Shown: positions 46,617 to 57,267, counted from the stretch's first letter. The stretch: DNA of 64,000 nucleotides from an uncultured Desulfobacteraceae bacterium (GCA_964549945.1 CAZJXD010000007.1:33444-97443), one strand, 5' to 3'. Numbers and translations: made by a program. The notes: generated by a model from the sequence alone, not told the origin.

Positions 46617-47848
46617 AAAAGGTATATCTGGTGGCTGTCGGGATTCTTTCCAAAGAAGGTAACATCGTCGATTTTGTCCACCTTTGGCCCTCGAAGGAGC
46701 GTATACAGTGTCCGCTCTACCCCTATGCCCCCGCCGTAGGTATCCGGAAAGGTAGGTTTCCCCTCCCGATCTTTCATGCTTGCCGCTAACAGAAACGGCC
46801 CATATCCATCGAGTTGATTGATGTTCTCGATGTTGCCCTCAGAGATTATGGGCCTTACGGGTATAACCTTGTTATCCAGCAGTCGTTCCACAATGGGCTC
46901 GTAGAGCCATTCCCTTATGGCCCCTGAGAGAAGCTCCCGGGCCTCGGTCTGCTCACCGGTGTCGCGAAGGATGCTCTTGGCGCAGATGTCATAGTTGTAT
47001 ACCATATCGGAGGTAACCTCAGGCCGCTCTATCTTTCCCCCCTGTTTTAGGTATGGGTAGATAAGATCATAATTCTCCCTTGGGATGCCAGTGATCCAGA
47101 AGAACTGAGATTGCGTCTCCTTTCCTGCCCCCGATTCATACTCTTTAGGTCCATATTTTGTCTTTGCTTCATCAAAGGCGAAGGCGGGAAATGGCTGCTT
47201 TGGGACCTCTATGGCGACGCCGAGCTCCTTCAGCTCTTCCGCGTTTCTTTCCACCACCCTTTCCAGGCTGTAGATGATAAGCCTCTCGAAGAAATCCATG
47301 GCGATGTTCATGTCCTCCCTCAGGATCTCCGTTACCATACCCTGCTTTGAGAGATAGGTATCGAGGTCGATACCCCTGTTTCTTCTCAACTCTATGTCCA
47401 TCTGGCTGAAATCGACGATGTACTTCCCCCGCTGAACCCTGTCGGGGCTCTCCACCTCGAGCCTGATATTGGGAGAGTCCACGAATATGCCCTTTAACCT
47501 GGGGTGATGGCATGCGAGAAACTTGGCGTATATCATGCTGTGCGTGAGAACATAATGAAGGCCCTTGTAGGATATTGAAGGCACGTGCTCTACATCATGG
47601 GCCAGGGGATCCGTGAGGGGACTTAGTTGCACCCTCTCGAGATTGCAGAGCCCCTCATCGGCCAGGAATTGGTGCATGGCAGTCACGAGAGTTGCCCTCA
47701 CGGCTATGGCGGCAAGAAGGGTGTCCCCCATCCACTTTTGATAGTAATATTTCTCTATGTATTCCTGAAGGCTCGATCCTCCCTGCTTCAGCGCTGCCTG
47801 GAAGCCAAACAGGGCATCTCCGATTCCGATTGTTCCTTCGTCTTTCAT
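46613..47848 (-). CDS. Class II aminoacyl-tRNA-synthetase-fold enzyme lacking an anticodon-binding domain; candidate AsnA-type aspartate--ammonia ligase
   Basis: Class II motif 3 GGGIGVERTLYTLL and a motif-2-like region. 411 aa. Adjacent to glnA. Confidence 0.4.
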   Translation of the reverse strand: MKDEGTIGIGDALFGFQAALKQGGSSLQEYIEKYYYQKWMGDTLLAAIAVRATLVTAMHQFLADEGLCNLERVQLSPLTDPLAHDVEHVPSISYKGLHYVLTHSMIYAKFLACHHPRLKGIFVDSPNIRLEVESPDRVQRGKYIVDFSQMDIELRRNRGIDLDTYLSKQGMVTEILREDMNIAMDFFERLIIYSLERVVERNAEELKELGVAIEVPKQPFPAFAFDEAKTKYGPKEYESGAGKETQSQFFWITGIPRENYDLIYPYLKQGGKIERPEVTSDMVYNYDICAKSILRDTGEQTEARELLSGAIREWLYEPIVERLLDNKVIPVRPIISEGNIENINQLDGYGPFLLAASMKDREGKPTFPDTYGGGIGVERTLYTLLRGPKVDKIDDVTFFGKNPDSHQIYLF

Positions 47849-47860
47849 CTGCTCGCTCTC

Positions 47861-49189
47861 TTAGAGTATGGTTAGATATTTCTCGATCTCGTACTGGCTT
47901 ACATGAATCCTGTACCTGTCCCACTCGATCTTTTTATTGGCCACGAACTTATTAAAGATATGATCGCCAAGGGTCTCGCGAACGAGCTCGCTCTTTTCCA
48001 CCTCCCGAAGCGCCTCAAAGAGGTTTCCCGGCAGGGATGTAATGCCGGCTCGCTCTCGTGCCCCCTCGTCCATCTCGTAGATGTCCTCCTCGATCGGATC
48101 CGGGAGCGGATAGTTCTCCTCCATCCCCTTTAGCCCGGCCGCGAGCATGACGGCGAATGCAAGATAGGGGTTGCAGGCCGGATCAGGGGATCTGAACTCG
48201 ATCCTCGTTGCCTGTTCCTTGCCCGGCTTGTACATGGGCACCCTGATCATGGCCGAGCGGTTGCGCCTTGCCCAGGAAATATAGACAGGAGCCTCATAGC
48301 CGGGGACCAGCCTTTTGTAGGAATTTACCCATTGGTTCGTGACCGCGGTTATCTCCCTCGCATGTCTCATGATGCCCGCTATGTAAGATTTCCCCACTGA
48401 TGAAAGATGGTAGGTGTCCCCTCGATCGTAGAAGGCATTGATATCGCCCCTGAACAGCGATTGGTGGACGTGCATGCCGCTTCCGTTTTCACCGAAGACG
48501 GGTTTAGGCATAAAGGTAGCATAATGGCCCATCTTCCTTGCGATCTCCTTTGCTACTATCCTGTAGGTCATGGTCTTGTCGGCCATGGCCAGGGCCTCGT
48601 CGTATCTGAGGTCAATCTCGTGCTGGCTGGGAGCCACCTCGTGGTGGCTGTATTCCACCCTGATCCCCATATCCTGGAGGGCGAAGATCATCTCCCTTCT
48701 CAGATCACTGCCCATGTCCAGGGGGCGGTTGTCGAAATACCCGCCTTTGTCAAGGGGCTTTGGCGAGGTTTGGCCTTCAAAACAGAAGAACTCGAGCTCC
48801 GGTCCCATATAGGCCTTTAACCCCATCTCGGCGAGCTTTTTGGTCATCCGCTTCAACACATATCGAGGGTCCCCTTCATAGTGGCTCCCATCCGGCTGAA
48901 GGATATCGCAAAACATCCTGGCCACCGGCTTATCCTGGGGCCTCCAGGGGAGGAACTGAAAGGTGCTCGGCTCGGGCATGGCGATCATATCGCTCTCCTC
49001 GATCCTCGCAAAACCCTCGATGGAGGATCCGTCGAACCCCATTCCCTCCTCAAGCCCCTCCTCAAGCTCAGAGGGGGTAACGGCAAAGCTCTTCAGGATG
49101 CCGAGTACATCAGGAAACCAGAACTGGATAAAGCTGACATCCCTCTCCTTGACGATCTTAATGACGTCATTCTTCGTTTTACATAGCAT
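47861..49189 (-). CDS. glnA: Glutamine synthetase (442 aa, GSI-like)
   Basis: Conserved GS beta-grasp and catalytic domains. Confidence 0.9.
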   Translation of the reverse strand: MLCKTKNDVIKIVKERDVSFIQFWFPDVLGILKSFAVTPSELEEGLEEGMGFDGSSIEGFARIEESDMIAMPEPSTFQFLPWRPQDKPVARMFCDILQPDGSHYEGDPRYVLKRMTKKLAEMGLKAYMGPELEFFCFEGQTSPKPLDKGGYFDNRPLDMGSDLRREMIFALQDMGIRVEYSHHEVAPSQHEIDLRYDEALAMADKTMTYRIVAKEIARKMGHYATFMPKPVFGENGSGMHVHQSLFRGDINAFYDRGDTYHLSSVGKSYIAGIMRHAREITAVTNQWVNSYKRLVPGYEAPVYISWARRNRSAMIRVPMYKPGKEQATRIEFRSPDPACNPYLAFAVMLAAGLKGMEENYPLPDPIEEDIYEMDEGARERAGITSLPGNLFEALREVEKSELVRETLGDHIFNKFVANKKIEWDRYRIHVSQYEIEKYLTIL

Positions 49190-49215
49190 GGGTTGCCTTT
49201 CCTTGCTCTATAGGT

Positions 49216-50466
49216 TCAACCAGTGTTCTTTCTTGCCCTGAGGATTTCGGGTATATCAAGGCCAGTAGCGTTTTTTATCTCTTCGAATATCGCCACAATG
49301 GATCCGGTTATACCCTTAACATAGTTCGGCATCCCATGTCCATTACCATTATCAACTATGGTTATTTTATCGATCCGTAGGTTGTCGGCAACCACCTTGG
49401 TAACCTTATCCAGTATGTCGGGCAGCTGTTGGATCAAGAAAAGCTCCCTGGTATCCTCTTTCTCCCACTGCTCTCTCAACACCCTCACCGCCTCGGCCGT
49501 TGCCCTGCCGTCTTCGGCTATCCGTGCGGCATCGCCCACAGCCCTTAGTTCTTTGGCCTCCTTTTCCGCCCTGGCGGGCACGATCACCTCAGCCTCGTAC
49601 TTGCTCCTGTTCATCTTGACCCTCTGCTCCTCGAGCTTCTGTTCTTCGGAGACCCTCGCGATATCACCGGCCACCTTAGCCCTGGCTTCGGCCCTGTTTG
49701 CCACCGCGGTCAAGTCCGCCTTCTTTACCCTCAGCTCGTTTTCAGCCTCCACTATGGACATGTCCGCCACGGCCTCTGCGACATTTCCCTTCTTCTTCGC
49801 CTCGGCGGCCACAAGCCGTGCCTCGGCCTCAGCATTGGCCTCGGTTATCCTGGCATCCCTCCGCACCTCCGCGTTCTTTCTCCGTCCAACGGCCTCGAGA
49901 TACCCCTGGTCGTCGGAGATATGCTTGATCTTAAAGGTATCCAGGACTAAGCCGAGCCTCATAAGATCGCTTCTCGCCTCAGCCACCACCCGTTCCGCGA
50001 ACTCAAGCCTGTTGCTGTTCGCCTCCTCCGGGGTTAGGGTAGCAAGGACGCCGCGAAGGCTTCCCTCAATGTTCTCCCTTGCCACCTGGGATAGGTCGCT
50101 GATATTTTTTCCTAAAAATCTCTCCAGGGCATTCGAGAGCCCCTCTTCCTCGCTTCCCGCTATCTTCACGTTCGCCATAGCCTGGATGTTGATGGGGATT
50201 ACACCATTTGTGAGCGCACCGGTGAGCTCTAAGTCAATGGGTATGATATTCAGCGGCATCCTGGTTACCGACTCGATAATGGGGATCCTGAGGCCTCTTC
50301 CTCCCTTTATAATCCTGTATCCCACCTCTGTGCCATCCTTGAGCCTTCTCTTCCTGCCGGAGAAAACCAAGATCTCGTTTGGATGGCAGACCCTAAGATT
50401 CGCCTTGATAAAGGCGAGAATCACTAGGATTACTATTATGCCTAACCCGATCCAGAAGCCTACCAT
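49216..50466 (-). CDS. Flotillin/SPFH (band 7) domain protein with Ala/Glu-rich coiled coil
   Basis: N-terminal TM plus SPFH domain, then a long EA-repeat coiled coil. 416 aa. Confidence 0.8.
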   Translation of the reverse strand: MVGFWIGLGIIVILVILAFIKANLRVCHPNEILVFSGRKRRLKDGTEVGYRIIKGGRGLRIPIIESVTRMPLNIIPIDLELTGALTNGVIPINIQAMANVKIAGSEEEGLSNALERFLGKNISDLSQVARENIEGSLRGVLATLTPEEANSNRLEFAERVVAEARSDLMRLGLVLDTFKIKHISDDQGYLEAVGRRKNAEVRRDARITEANAEAEARLVAAEAKKKGNVAEAVADMSIVEAENELRVKKADLTAVANRAEARAKVAGDIARVSEEQKLEEQRVKMNRSKYEAEVIVPARAEKEAKELRAVGDAARIAEDGRATAEAVRVLREQWEKEDTRELFLIQQLPDILDKVTKVVADNLRIDKITIVDNGNGHGMPNYVKGITGSIVAIFEEIKNATGLDIPEILRARKNTG

Positions 50467-50492
50467 AATGCTACCTCCTTGGTGAAGTTCTA

Positions 50493-50834
50493 TTACCCAA
50501 TGGCCTTTGGCCCCCTCTCCATGGTCCTTATCCTGATACAGTGTGGCAAATCCAGGACAAATATCTTGCCGTCGCCTATGTTTCCGGTTCTCGCGCCCTT
50601 GATTATGGCCTCAATAACCGGCTCCACGAAATCCTCGTTGCAGGCCACCTCAATCTTCACCTTCTTGAGCAGGCTGCCGACCTCCTTTGCCCCCCTGTAG
50701 ACCTCTGTGAAGCCCATTTGCCTCCCCCGTCCCAGGGCATTTGAAACGGTCATGAGATGCACATCCGCGTCCTCTAATGCCTTCTTCACCTCTTCAAGCC
50801 TATGGGGCTGGATAATCGCGATGATATATTTCAT
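50493..50834 (-). CDS. glnK: Nitrogen regulatory protein P-II
   Basis: 113-aa P-II from the internal ATG ([10 protein letters not shown]...). T-loop RGAKEVG. Directly downstream of amtB. Confidence 0.9.
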   Translation of the reverse strand: MKYIIAIIQPHRLEEVKKALEDADVHLMTVSNALGRGRQMGFTEVYRGAKEVGSLLKKVKIEVACNEDFVEPVIEAIIKGARTGNIGDGKIFVLDLPHCIRIRTMERGPKAIG

Positions 50835-50844
50835 TTTCGCCCTC

Positions 50845-52077
50845 CTATTCCAACACGGTATATGCAGCTTCATGGTGCTGGGCGAGATCAAGGCCTACCA
50901 TTTCATCCTCTCTTGTAACCCTCATCCCGAACAAGGCGTCAACCAAGGCGAAGAGCATCCATGTCATTGCCGCCGCATAAGCGACGCACACGAGGAGATA
51001 CACGCCCTGGATCAGGAACAGCCTGGTGCTTCCGAAAAAGAGCCCGTTCGCCCCGGCTTCATTGACGGCCTTTTGCGCGAAGAGCCCCGTTGCGAGGGTT
51101 CCCCACATACCCCCGATGCCATGGACACCGAACACATCGAGGGAATCATCATAGCCCACCTTCGGCTTGAGCGCCGTTACCGCCAGATAGGAGAAGATAC
51201 CCCCAAAAATTCCGATTGCTACCGCGGATAAAGGCCCCACAAAGCCACACGCTGGAGTTATGGACACGAGCCCCGCGACAGCGCCAGTCACGATTCCCAA
51301 TACGGTGGGCGCGCCGAGCTGCTGCCACTCGATGAGCGCCCACGTGAGGCCGGCGGCGGCGGCCGATATATTTGTGGTCACGAATGCATTTGCGGCAATC
51401 CCTCCGGCCTGGAGGGCGCTGCCTGCGTTAAAGCCAAACCACCCGAACCACAGAAGGCCACCGCCTAACACGGTGATCGGCAGATTGTGGGGCGTGAACG
51501 CCTGTTTTTCGTAACCCAGCCTCCTTCCGATCAGGGTTGCCATCACGAGGGCCGAGACGCCTGAACTCACGTGAACAACGATTCCTCCGGCAAAGTCAAG
51601 AGCACCTATTTTTTTCAGCCAGCCGCCCGTTGACCAGACCCAGTGAGCGATTGGGTCGTAGACAAAGGTTGCCCAGAGAAGCATTAAAAAGGCGAATGCA
51701 GAGAACTTGATCCTTTCCGCAAAGGCGCCGACGATCAGCGCCGGTGTGAGGATTGCAAACATCGCCTGGAATATCATGAAGGCCAGATGGGGAATAGTGC
51801 CGGCGTAGTCAGGGCTTGGCTGGAGCCCTACCCCCTTGAGGCCGACCCAATCCAAGCTCCCGATAATCCCATGACCGGTGTCGGGCCCAAAGGATATCGA
51901 GTACCCGTACATCACCCATTGCAGACTGATCAGGCACATGATGATAAAGCACTGCATGAGGATGGAGAGGATATTCTTCCTGCGCGCCATGCCCCCGTAA
52001 AAAAAGGCCACGCCAGGCGTCATGATAAAGACCAGGGCCGTTGAAGCCAACACCCATACCGTATCGCCTGAATTCAT
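50845..52077 (-). CDS. amtB: Ammonium transporter
   Basis: Amt/MEP family. Start reset to ATG 52077 (GGAGGTG RBS), since the track ORF starts at a TTG inside the promoter. Confidence 0.9.
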   Translation of the reverse strand: MNSGDTVWVLASTALVFIMTPGVAFFYGGMARRKNILSILMQCFIIMCLISLQWVMYGYSISFGPDTGHGIIGSLDWVGLKGVGLQPSPDYAGTIPHLAFMIFQAMFAILTPALIVGAFAERIKFSAFAFLMLLWATFVYDPIAHWVWSTGGWLKKIGALDFAGGIVVHVSSGVSALVMATLIGRRLGYEKQAFTPHNLPITVLGGGLLWFGWFGFNAGSALQAGGIAANAFVTTNISAAAAGLTWALIEWQQLGAPTVLGIVTGAVAGLVSITPACGFVGPLSAVAIGIFGGIFSYLAVTALKPKVGYDDSLDVFGVHGIGGMWGTLATGLFAQKAVNEAGANGLFFGSTRLFLIQGVYLLVCVAYAAAMTWMLFALVDALFGMRVTREDEMVGLDLAQHHEAAYTVLE

Positions 52078-52123
52078 CTCGCACCTCCGCGTTCTTTCAT
52101 CAACAGGGTATGGGTTGGGAAAA

Positions 52124-52139
52124 AGCAAGACAAATGCCA
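52124..52139 (-). promoter_or_regulatory. Sigma-54 (-24/-12) promoter TGGCAT-ttgtc-TTGCT upstream of amtB-glnK
   Basis: Read directly on the minus strand. GG and GC are separated by exactly 10 nt, about 45 nt upstream of the amtB ATG. Confidence 0.6.
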
Positions 52140-52383
52140 AAACTTGACTAGGGTGCTAATATGTTGATATTACGTAAAATATTGGAATAGTTGAAGAGAG
52201 TGGGATCGAGATGGAAATACATTTTTGTAGGAATCCAATGAATAAGGTAACAAAAAGGCAAGAAATAAGACTATAAACTACAAAAGTGTTACATAACAGA
52301 GGGAATAATTTCGACTGCCCGAAAGGCGTACTTCTCAAGGCAGCCTGCTTGATGTGGATCAGTTCTCGGAAGGGGTCCTTTTT

Positions 52384-53925
52384 TCATCGATAGGTCCGGT
52401 AATCCACCCCGTATTTTTTTGTCTTATAGGTGAATTTCCGCTCGGTTATATGCAGCATCTGGGCCGCCTTTGACATATTGCCATGGGTGTTTTTAAGGGC
52501 GTCGATGATCATCTCCTTTTCGAGGTTTCCCACGGCTTCTTCCAAAGACAGGGCGGGAATCGTGTCCGACTGCTCACCGGTCTGGAGCGTTGGAGGCAGG
52601 TGATAGCTATGAATCACATGCTCCTCACAGAGCAGCACCGCCCGTTCAATGCAGTTCTCGAGCTCGCGCACATTGCCCGGCCAGTGGTACTGCATGAGCA
52701 TGTCAATTGCGGGGGTAGACAATCTTCTGATGTCCTTTCGGTTTTCTTTCGAATACTTTTCCAAGAAGTAGTCGGCCAAAAGCAATATGTCGGTTTTTCG
52801 TTCCCTCAAGGGGGGCATATAGATGGGAAAGACATTGAGACGATAGTAAAGATCGCTTCTAAATGCCTCTTCCGCCACAGCTTGTTCCAGATTCTTGCTT
52901 GTTGCCGCTATGATCCTGATATCTACTTTGATGGTATGGTGTCCGCCCACCCTCTCTAACTCTTTTTCCTGAAGCACCCTGAGGAGCTTCACCTGAACTT
53001 CCATGTCGACGGAGCCTATTTCATCCAGGAAAACCGTGCCCTTGTTGGCGAGCTCGAATTTCCCCAGTTTTTGGCGAATTGCCCCTGTAAATGCACCTTT
53101 TTCATGCCCGAAGAGCTCGCTTTCGATCAGATTTGCCGGCAGCGCAGCGCAGTTTACCTTTACAAAGGGCTGTTTCGCCCTTTGACTGTTGTAATGGATG
53201 GCGTTGGCCGCCAGCTCTTTTCCGGTGCCGCTCTCGCCCCTGATCAATACCGTTGCATTGCTCCTGCAGACCTGAGAGATCATCTGAAAGACCTCTCTCA
53301 TCTTGTTGCTGGTGCCGACTATGTTGGTGATCCGGTATTTCCGGGAAAGCTCATCCCTCAATCTTCGGTTTTCTTCTCTAAGCTTCTCGCTTTCGAGCTG
53401 AATGCTCTCGAGGTTGATCACATGCTGAGCTATCATTGTTGCGACAATCGAGAGGAGCCTCTCTCCTTCTTTTAGAGAATAGGCTTCATTATATGGCCTA
53501 TCGACGCTCAGCGTCCCCACCACCTGATCCCCCTTTTTTATGGGAACACAGATAAAGGAGAGCTCTTGATCACGGAGAATCCTTCTGGTAGCTGTTCGGT
53601 CCAGAAAGAGGGGTTCTTGGCTGATTTTCGGCACGATAAAGCCCTTTCCGGTCTGGATTACCCTTCCTGTCACGCCTTCGCCTACCTGGTATTTCCCCCT
53701 CTCCATGGCAACCCTGGACATGCCATGGGCCACCTCGATCCTGATCTCGTTTCGAAGGGGGTTAAGGATGGTAACCGTACCCCGCACCATGTCCATTGAG
53801 GCGGAAAGGATGTCGAGGACCTTGTAAAGAGATCTCCTCAGATCAAGGCTCTCGCTGAGGGCCTTGGTGATCTCATAGAGAAGCGTGAGCTCCTCTGTCT
53901 TTTTCATGACACCGGCATCTATCAT
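52384..53925 (-). CDS. Sigma-54-dependent transcriptional activator with N-terminal GAF domain (NifA-like, no receiver domain)
   Basis: GAF, AAA+ sigma-54 interaction domain ([14 protein letters not shown]) and C-terminal Fis-type HTH. Start reset to ATG 53925 after a GAGAGGA RBS. Confidence 0.85.
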   Translation of the reverse strand: MIDAGVMKKTEELTLLYEITKALSESLDLRRSLYKVLDILSASMDMVRGTVTILNPLRNEIRIEVAHGMSRVAMERGKYQVGEGVTGRVIQTGKGFIVPKISQEPLFLDRTATRRILRDQELSFICVPIKKGDQVVGTLSVDRPYNEAYSLKEGERLLSIVATMIAQHVINLESIQLESEKLREENRRLRDELSRKYRITNIVGTSNKMREVFQMISQVCRSNATVLIRGESGTGKELAANAIHYNSQRAKQPFVKVNCAALPANLIESELFGHEKGAFTGAIRQKLGKFELANKGTVFLDEIGSVDMEVQVKLLRVLQEKELERVGGHHTIKVDIRIIAATSKNLEQAVAEEAFRSDLYYRLNVFPIYMPPLRERKTDILLLADYFLEKYSKENRKDIRRLSTPAIDMLMQYHWPGNVRELENCIERAVLLCEEHVIHSYHLPPTLQTGEQSDTIPALSLEEAVGNLEKEMIIDALKNTHGNMSKAAQMLHITERKFTYKTKKYGVDYRTYR

Positions 53926-54385
53926 AGATATCCTCTCACACCAATAACTCTTAGCAAATAGGGCCTGAAAACACAATAGATTTGAGATCTTCCATGCAAT
54001 CCCCAAGCAGAGGTTTGCCGAACAGATGTGATAGAGGGAATCAAGGGAATAAATTGTGTGATGCCTTCGCATATGAAATTCTGCGACCTAATTGAGCCCT
54101 CTTGGAGCTACCTCACGAGAAGGAGGGGTTTTGCTGGGAGGGATTGGTGGTTTGGCGAAAGGCAGCCAGGAGCGAGAGATCGGGACTATACCCGACAAAA
54201 GTGCGGAAGGTTAATATCAAATAAACCCAGATGCTCGAGGATCTTGTTTATGCCTTCTTCATCTTCAATGAAGGCGATACTTCTCATTTTTCCTTGCACT
54301 TCGGACAGCCGAGAGCTTCCGTTTCATAGGTCTCTGTATGAATTTGGGCTAGCTCTATCAGGTTCAGAACAAAAGGCCTTCCCCC

Positions 54386-55453
54386 TCACATTCTTAAATA
54401 GAGTTCCTTAATCCTCTCCCTCGTCATTATTCTTCTCCAGTCGGCTCCGAGGGCATTTTCCCAAAGCGGCTCAAGCATAAGGGCAACATCGATCATCTTT
54501 TCAAGCTTGTCATTGTCAATATCCACCAGGAGGTCGTGAGGCAACACTATTTCATGTTTTTCCATCATGGAATGGAATTCGCGAACACTTTCCGGATAGT
54601 ATTCATCAAGGCAATTAAAGGCCATGCAGTTGCCGATTCCGTGATGAATCTCGAGGACAAAAGACAGGCCGTATGACAGGGCATGGCATATGCCAACCTG
54701 TGAATAGGTTATACTCATGCCCCCAAAATAGGATGCCATCATCATCTTGTCGTCACTCTCTGGGCCGCCCTCTAAGAAAACCTCCCGACAAAGGCCAAAG
54801 GCCTTTTCCCCATAAGACTTGGCAAAGGCATTGAGGTAAGTGCCATTTAAGGATTCCACGCAGTGGATATAGCAATCCATCCCCGTATAGAAGCCCTGTT
54901 CTGGAGGCACATCAGTGGTGAGCTCAGGGTCGAGCAAAATCTGGTCAAATACGGTGTAGTTGGAATTGATCCCGAGTTTCTTCTGAGGACCATTGAGCAC
55001 CGTGGTGCGGGATACCTCGGCACCGGTTCCAGAAAGGGTCGGGATACCTACATGATACACCGCAGGGTTCTCAACCAGATCCCATCCCTGGTAATCCTCC
55101 GAAGATCCGGGGTTTGTGAGCATAAGGGATATGGCCTTGGCAATATCCATGGTGCTCCCCCCGCCTATTCCTATGACAGCTTCTGGCAAGTGACCTGAGA
55201 AGCGCTTGGTTCTCTGCGTGAGTTCATCCACATATACTGTTTTGGGCTCCTCATCAACATTGACCCACAGGAGTGAATCCTGCGGCCTTAAAGGTATTCT
55301 TTCCCTCAAAGGGCTCTGCAAAAACACATCATCTACCAGGAAGAGCATAAAGGAATCATGGCCCCGGCATTTTTCAGCGAGTATTTCACCAAGCTGGTCA
55401 AAACAGCCTCTGCCAAAAAGGATATGGGAAACATTCTTGAGGTTTTTCATCAC
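54386..55453 (-). CDS. Iron-containing alcohol dehydrogenase family protein (DHQS-like fold)
   Basis: GIGGGSTMDIAKA glycine-rich NAD-binding motif and metal-binding histidines. 355 aa. Confidence 0.7.
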   Translation of the reverse strand: MMKNLKNVSHILFGRGCFDQLGEILAEKCRGHDSFMLFLVDDVFLQSPLRERIPLRPQDSLLWVNVDEEPKTVYVDELTQRTKRFSGHLPEAVIGIGGGSTMDIAKAISLMLTNPGSSEDYQGWDLVENPAVYHVGIPTLSGTGAEVSRTTVLNGPQKKLGINSNYTVFDQILLDPELTTDVPPEQGFYTGMDCYIHCVESLNGTYLNAFAKSYGEKAFGLCREVFLEGGPESDDKMMMASYFGGMSITYSQVGICHALSYGLSFVLEIHHGIGNCMAFNCLDEYYPESVREFHSMMEKHEIVLPHDLLVDIDNDKLEKMIDVALMLEPLWENALGADWRRIMTRERIKELYLRM

Positions 55454-55509
55454 AGGAAAACTCCCTGAAGCAGTATCGAGACCATGGTAAAGCCCTATGC
55501 CTTCTCCAT

Positions 55510-56709
55510 TCAGGAGACACCTTGAGCCTTTAAGGCATTCACCATTCTCTCAATCCGATGCACAAGCTCTGTTTGTGTCCAGGAAATCTTGATCAGGAGT
55601 GAAATCGTCCTCATCATTACGCTATCTGACTGAAGAAGCTGCACCTGTTCGTAGTCGGGGTAAAGCGGAAGCAGTGCGATAGGGAGCTTTGCCGCAGACC
55701 TCAACTTTTTAAGATGATCCCAGTTGCGGATGTAATGCCAGTTGTTGTCATACCAGTAGAAACACCCGTCAACGCCTGCCCGCGAAAGGCTTCTGGCCGC
55801 CTCCCTTGCCCCTGACTCATCCGGCAGAAGAAAGCTGAAGAATGTGGCGGAATCCCCTTGTTCGTCTGGAACCTTACGAAATGTTATTTCGGAAAACTGG
55901 GCGAGAGCCTCTTTTATTTGTTTCTTATGGGCACGCTGTTTTTCCAGTATGAAATCGAGCTTTCTTAGCTGAGCTAGCCCTACCGCCGCATTCAATTCGC
56001 TGATGCGATAGTTGGTGCCGAGAATGGAGTGGCCCTCAAGCCCCCTGTCGTTGCCCCTATGGTCATGGCCATGGTCGGCGTAACTATCCATGGCTTTATA
56101 TATTGCCTCATCGTCCGTTACCATGGCACCGCCTTCACCGCAGGTAATCGTCTTGACCGGGTCAAACGAAAAGCACCCCGCCTGTCCGAATGTGCCCAAG
56201 GCTTTTCCCTTCAACGTAGCGCCGAACGCCTGACAGGCATCCTCTATCAGGATAAGGCCCTTCTGTTGGCATAGGTCTTTAATAGCATCAATACGGGCCA
56301 TGGCTCCGCACATATGAACAGGCACCACGGCCTTGGTGCGGGGCGTAATGACTGCCTCGATCGCTTCAGGGTCAAGGCAAAGGGTTTCGTCTATTTCAGC
56401 GAACACGGGTACTGCACCGGCCTGCAAGATCGCTTCTATGGTAGCGATGAAGGTAAAGGGAGGCACTATAACCTCATCTCCTGCCCCGATCCCGCAGGAG
56501 GCTAGCGCTGTGCAAAGCGATGCGGTTCCACTGGAACACAGATGGCAATATCTCGCTCCAATACGTTTTGCCAGTTCCGCCTCAAATGTCTTTGCTTTCC
56601 AGCGCCCCTTTCGTGCCTGATCAAAACCGTAGCGAAAAAGTACCCCTGTATCGAGGACCTCCTGGACCTCTCTTCGCTCCTCATCATCGAATAACTCAAA
56701 TCCTGGCAT
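55510..56709 (-). CDS. DegT/DnrJ/EryC1/StrS family PLP-dependent aminotransferase
   Basis: 399 aa, fold type I sugar aminotransferase signature. Confidence 0.85.
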   Translation of the reverse strand: MPGFELFDDEERREVQEVLDTGVLFRYGFDQARKGRWKAKTFEAELAKRIGARYCHLCSSGTASLCTALASCGIGAGDEVIVPPFTFIATIEAILQAGAVPVFAEIDETLCLDPEAIEAVITPRTKAVVPVHMCGAMARIDAIKDLCQQKGLILIEDACQAFGATLKGKALGTFGQAGCFSFDPVKTITCGEGGAMVTDDEAIYKAMDSYADHGHDHRGNDRGLEGHSILGTNYRISELNAAVGLAQLRKLDFILEKQRAHKKQIKEALAQFSEITFRKVPDEQGDSATFFSFLLPDESGAREAARSLSRAGVDGCFYWYDNNWHYIRNWDHLKKLRSAAKLPIALLPLYPDYEQVQLLQSDSVMMRTISLLIKISWTQTELVHRIERMVNALKAQGVS

Positions 56710-57051
56710 GATCGATCCTTCTGTCTTGCTTTTCTTTGTTGCGTTTAAGATTCAGGTTGCTGATATTCCCTATGTATCGGCCTTTATATACTAACCCTGA
56801 TTCCCTGACAAGGATTAAAAAAGATGATTTCTTGTCTTATTTCGGGGAACACCATACGTGGGTAAAGAAATGATGCGAGTGGCGGCCTGTTTCTACTCGT
56901 CGTGCACCACCATATCTTTTATGGACCGCAATGTATGTACAAAGAATTTGAAGGCGCGCCCTTATAAGAATGCTCTGCGGAATTTCAATAGGTTAGGAGA
57001 AAAGGCTACCAGGCAGAACGCTTGGTGGCTACAGATAAAAAAACAATAATG

Positions 57052-57078
57052 TTATGTAAATTATATTTATTTACATAA
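57052..57078. promoter_or_regulatory. Perfect 10-bp inverted repeat TTATGTAAAT-N7-ATTTACATAA in the DegT upstream region
   Basis: Read directly. Lies in a 558-bp non-coding spacer. Confidence 0.5.
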
Positions 57079-57267
57079 ACGTAGAAATACAATGGGCAAA
57101 TCATGCTTTACAATAGCAGAAATGAAACAAAGGCACCCAGTCCAAGAGCTCGTGGAGAAGTGCAAAGACGACAGCATAAAAAACCGTTGGGATCCCTTGT
57201 CTCAAATCATCCAAGGCCGGTAACCCGTACTTCAGATGAGAGAACGCTCGATTTCGCTTGGGTTGTT

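Noticed and set aside
49358-50485. 375-aa plus-strand ORF
   Set aside because: Antisense shadow of the flotillin gene. It is low-complexity and Ser/Ala-rich, while the minus-strand frame has clear SPFH homology.
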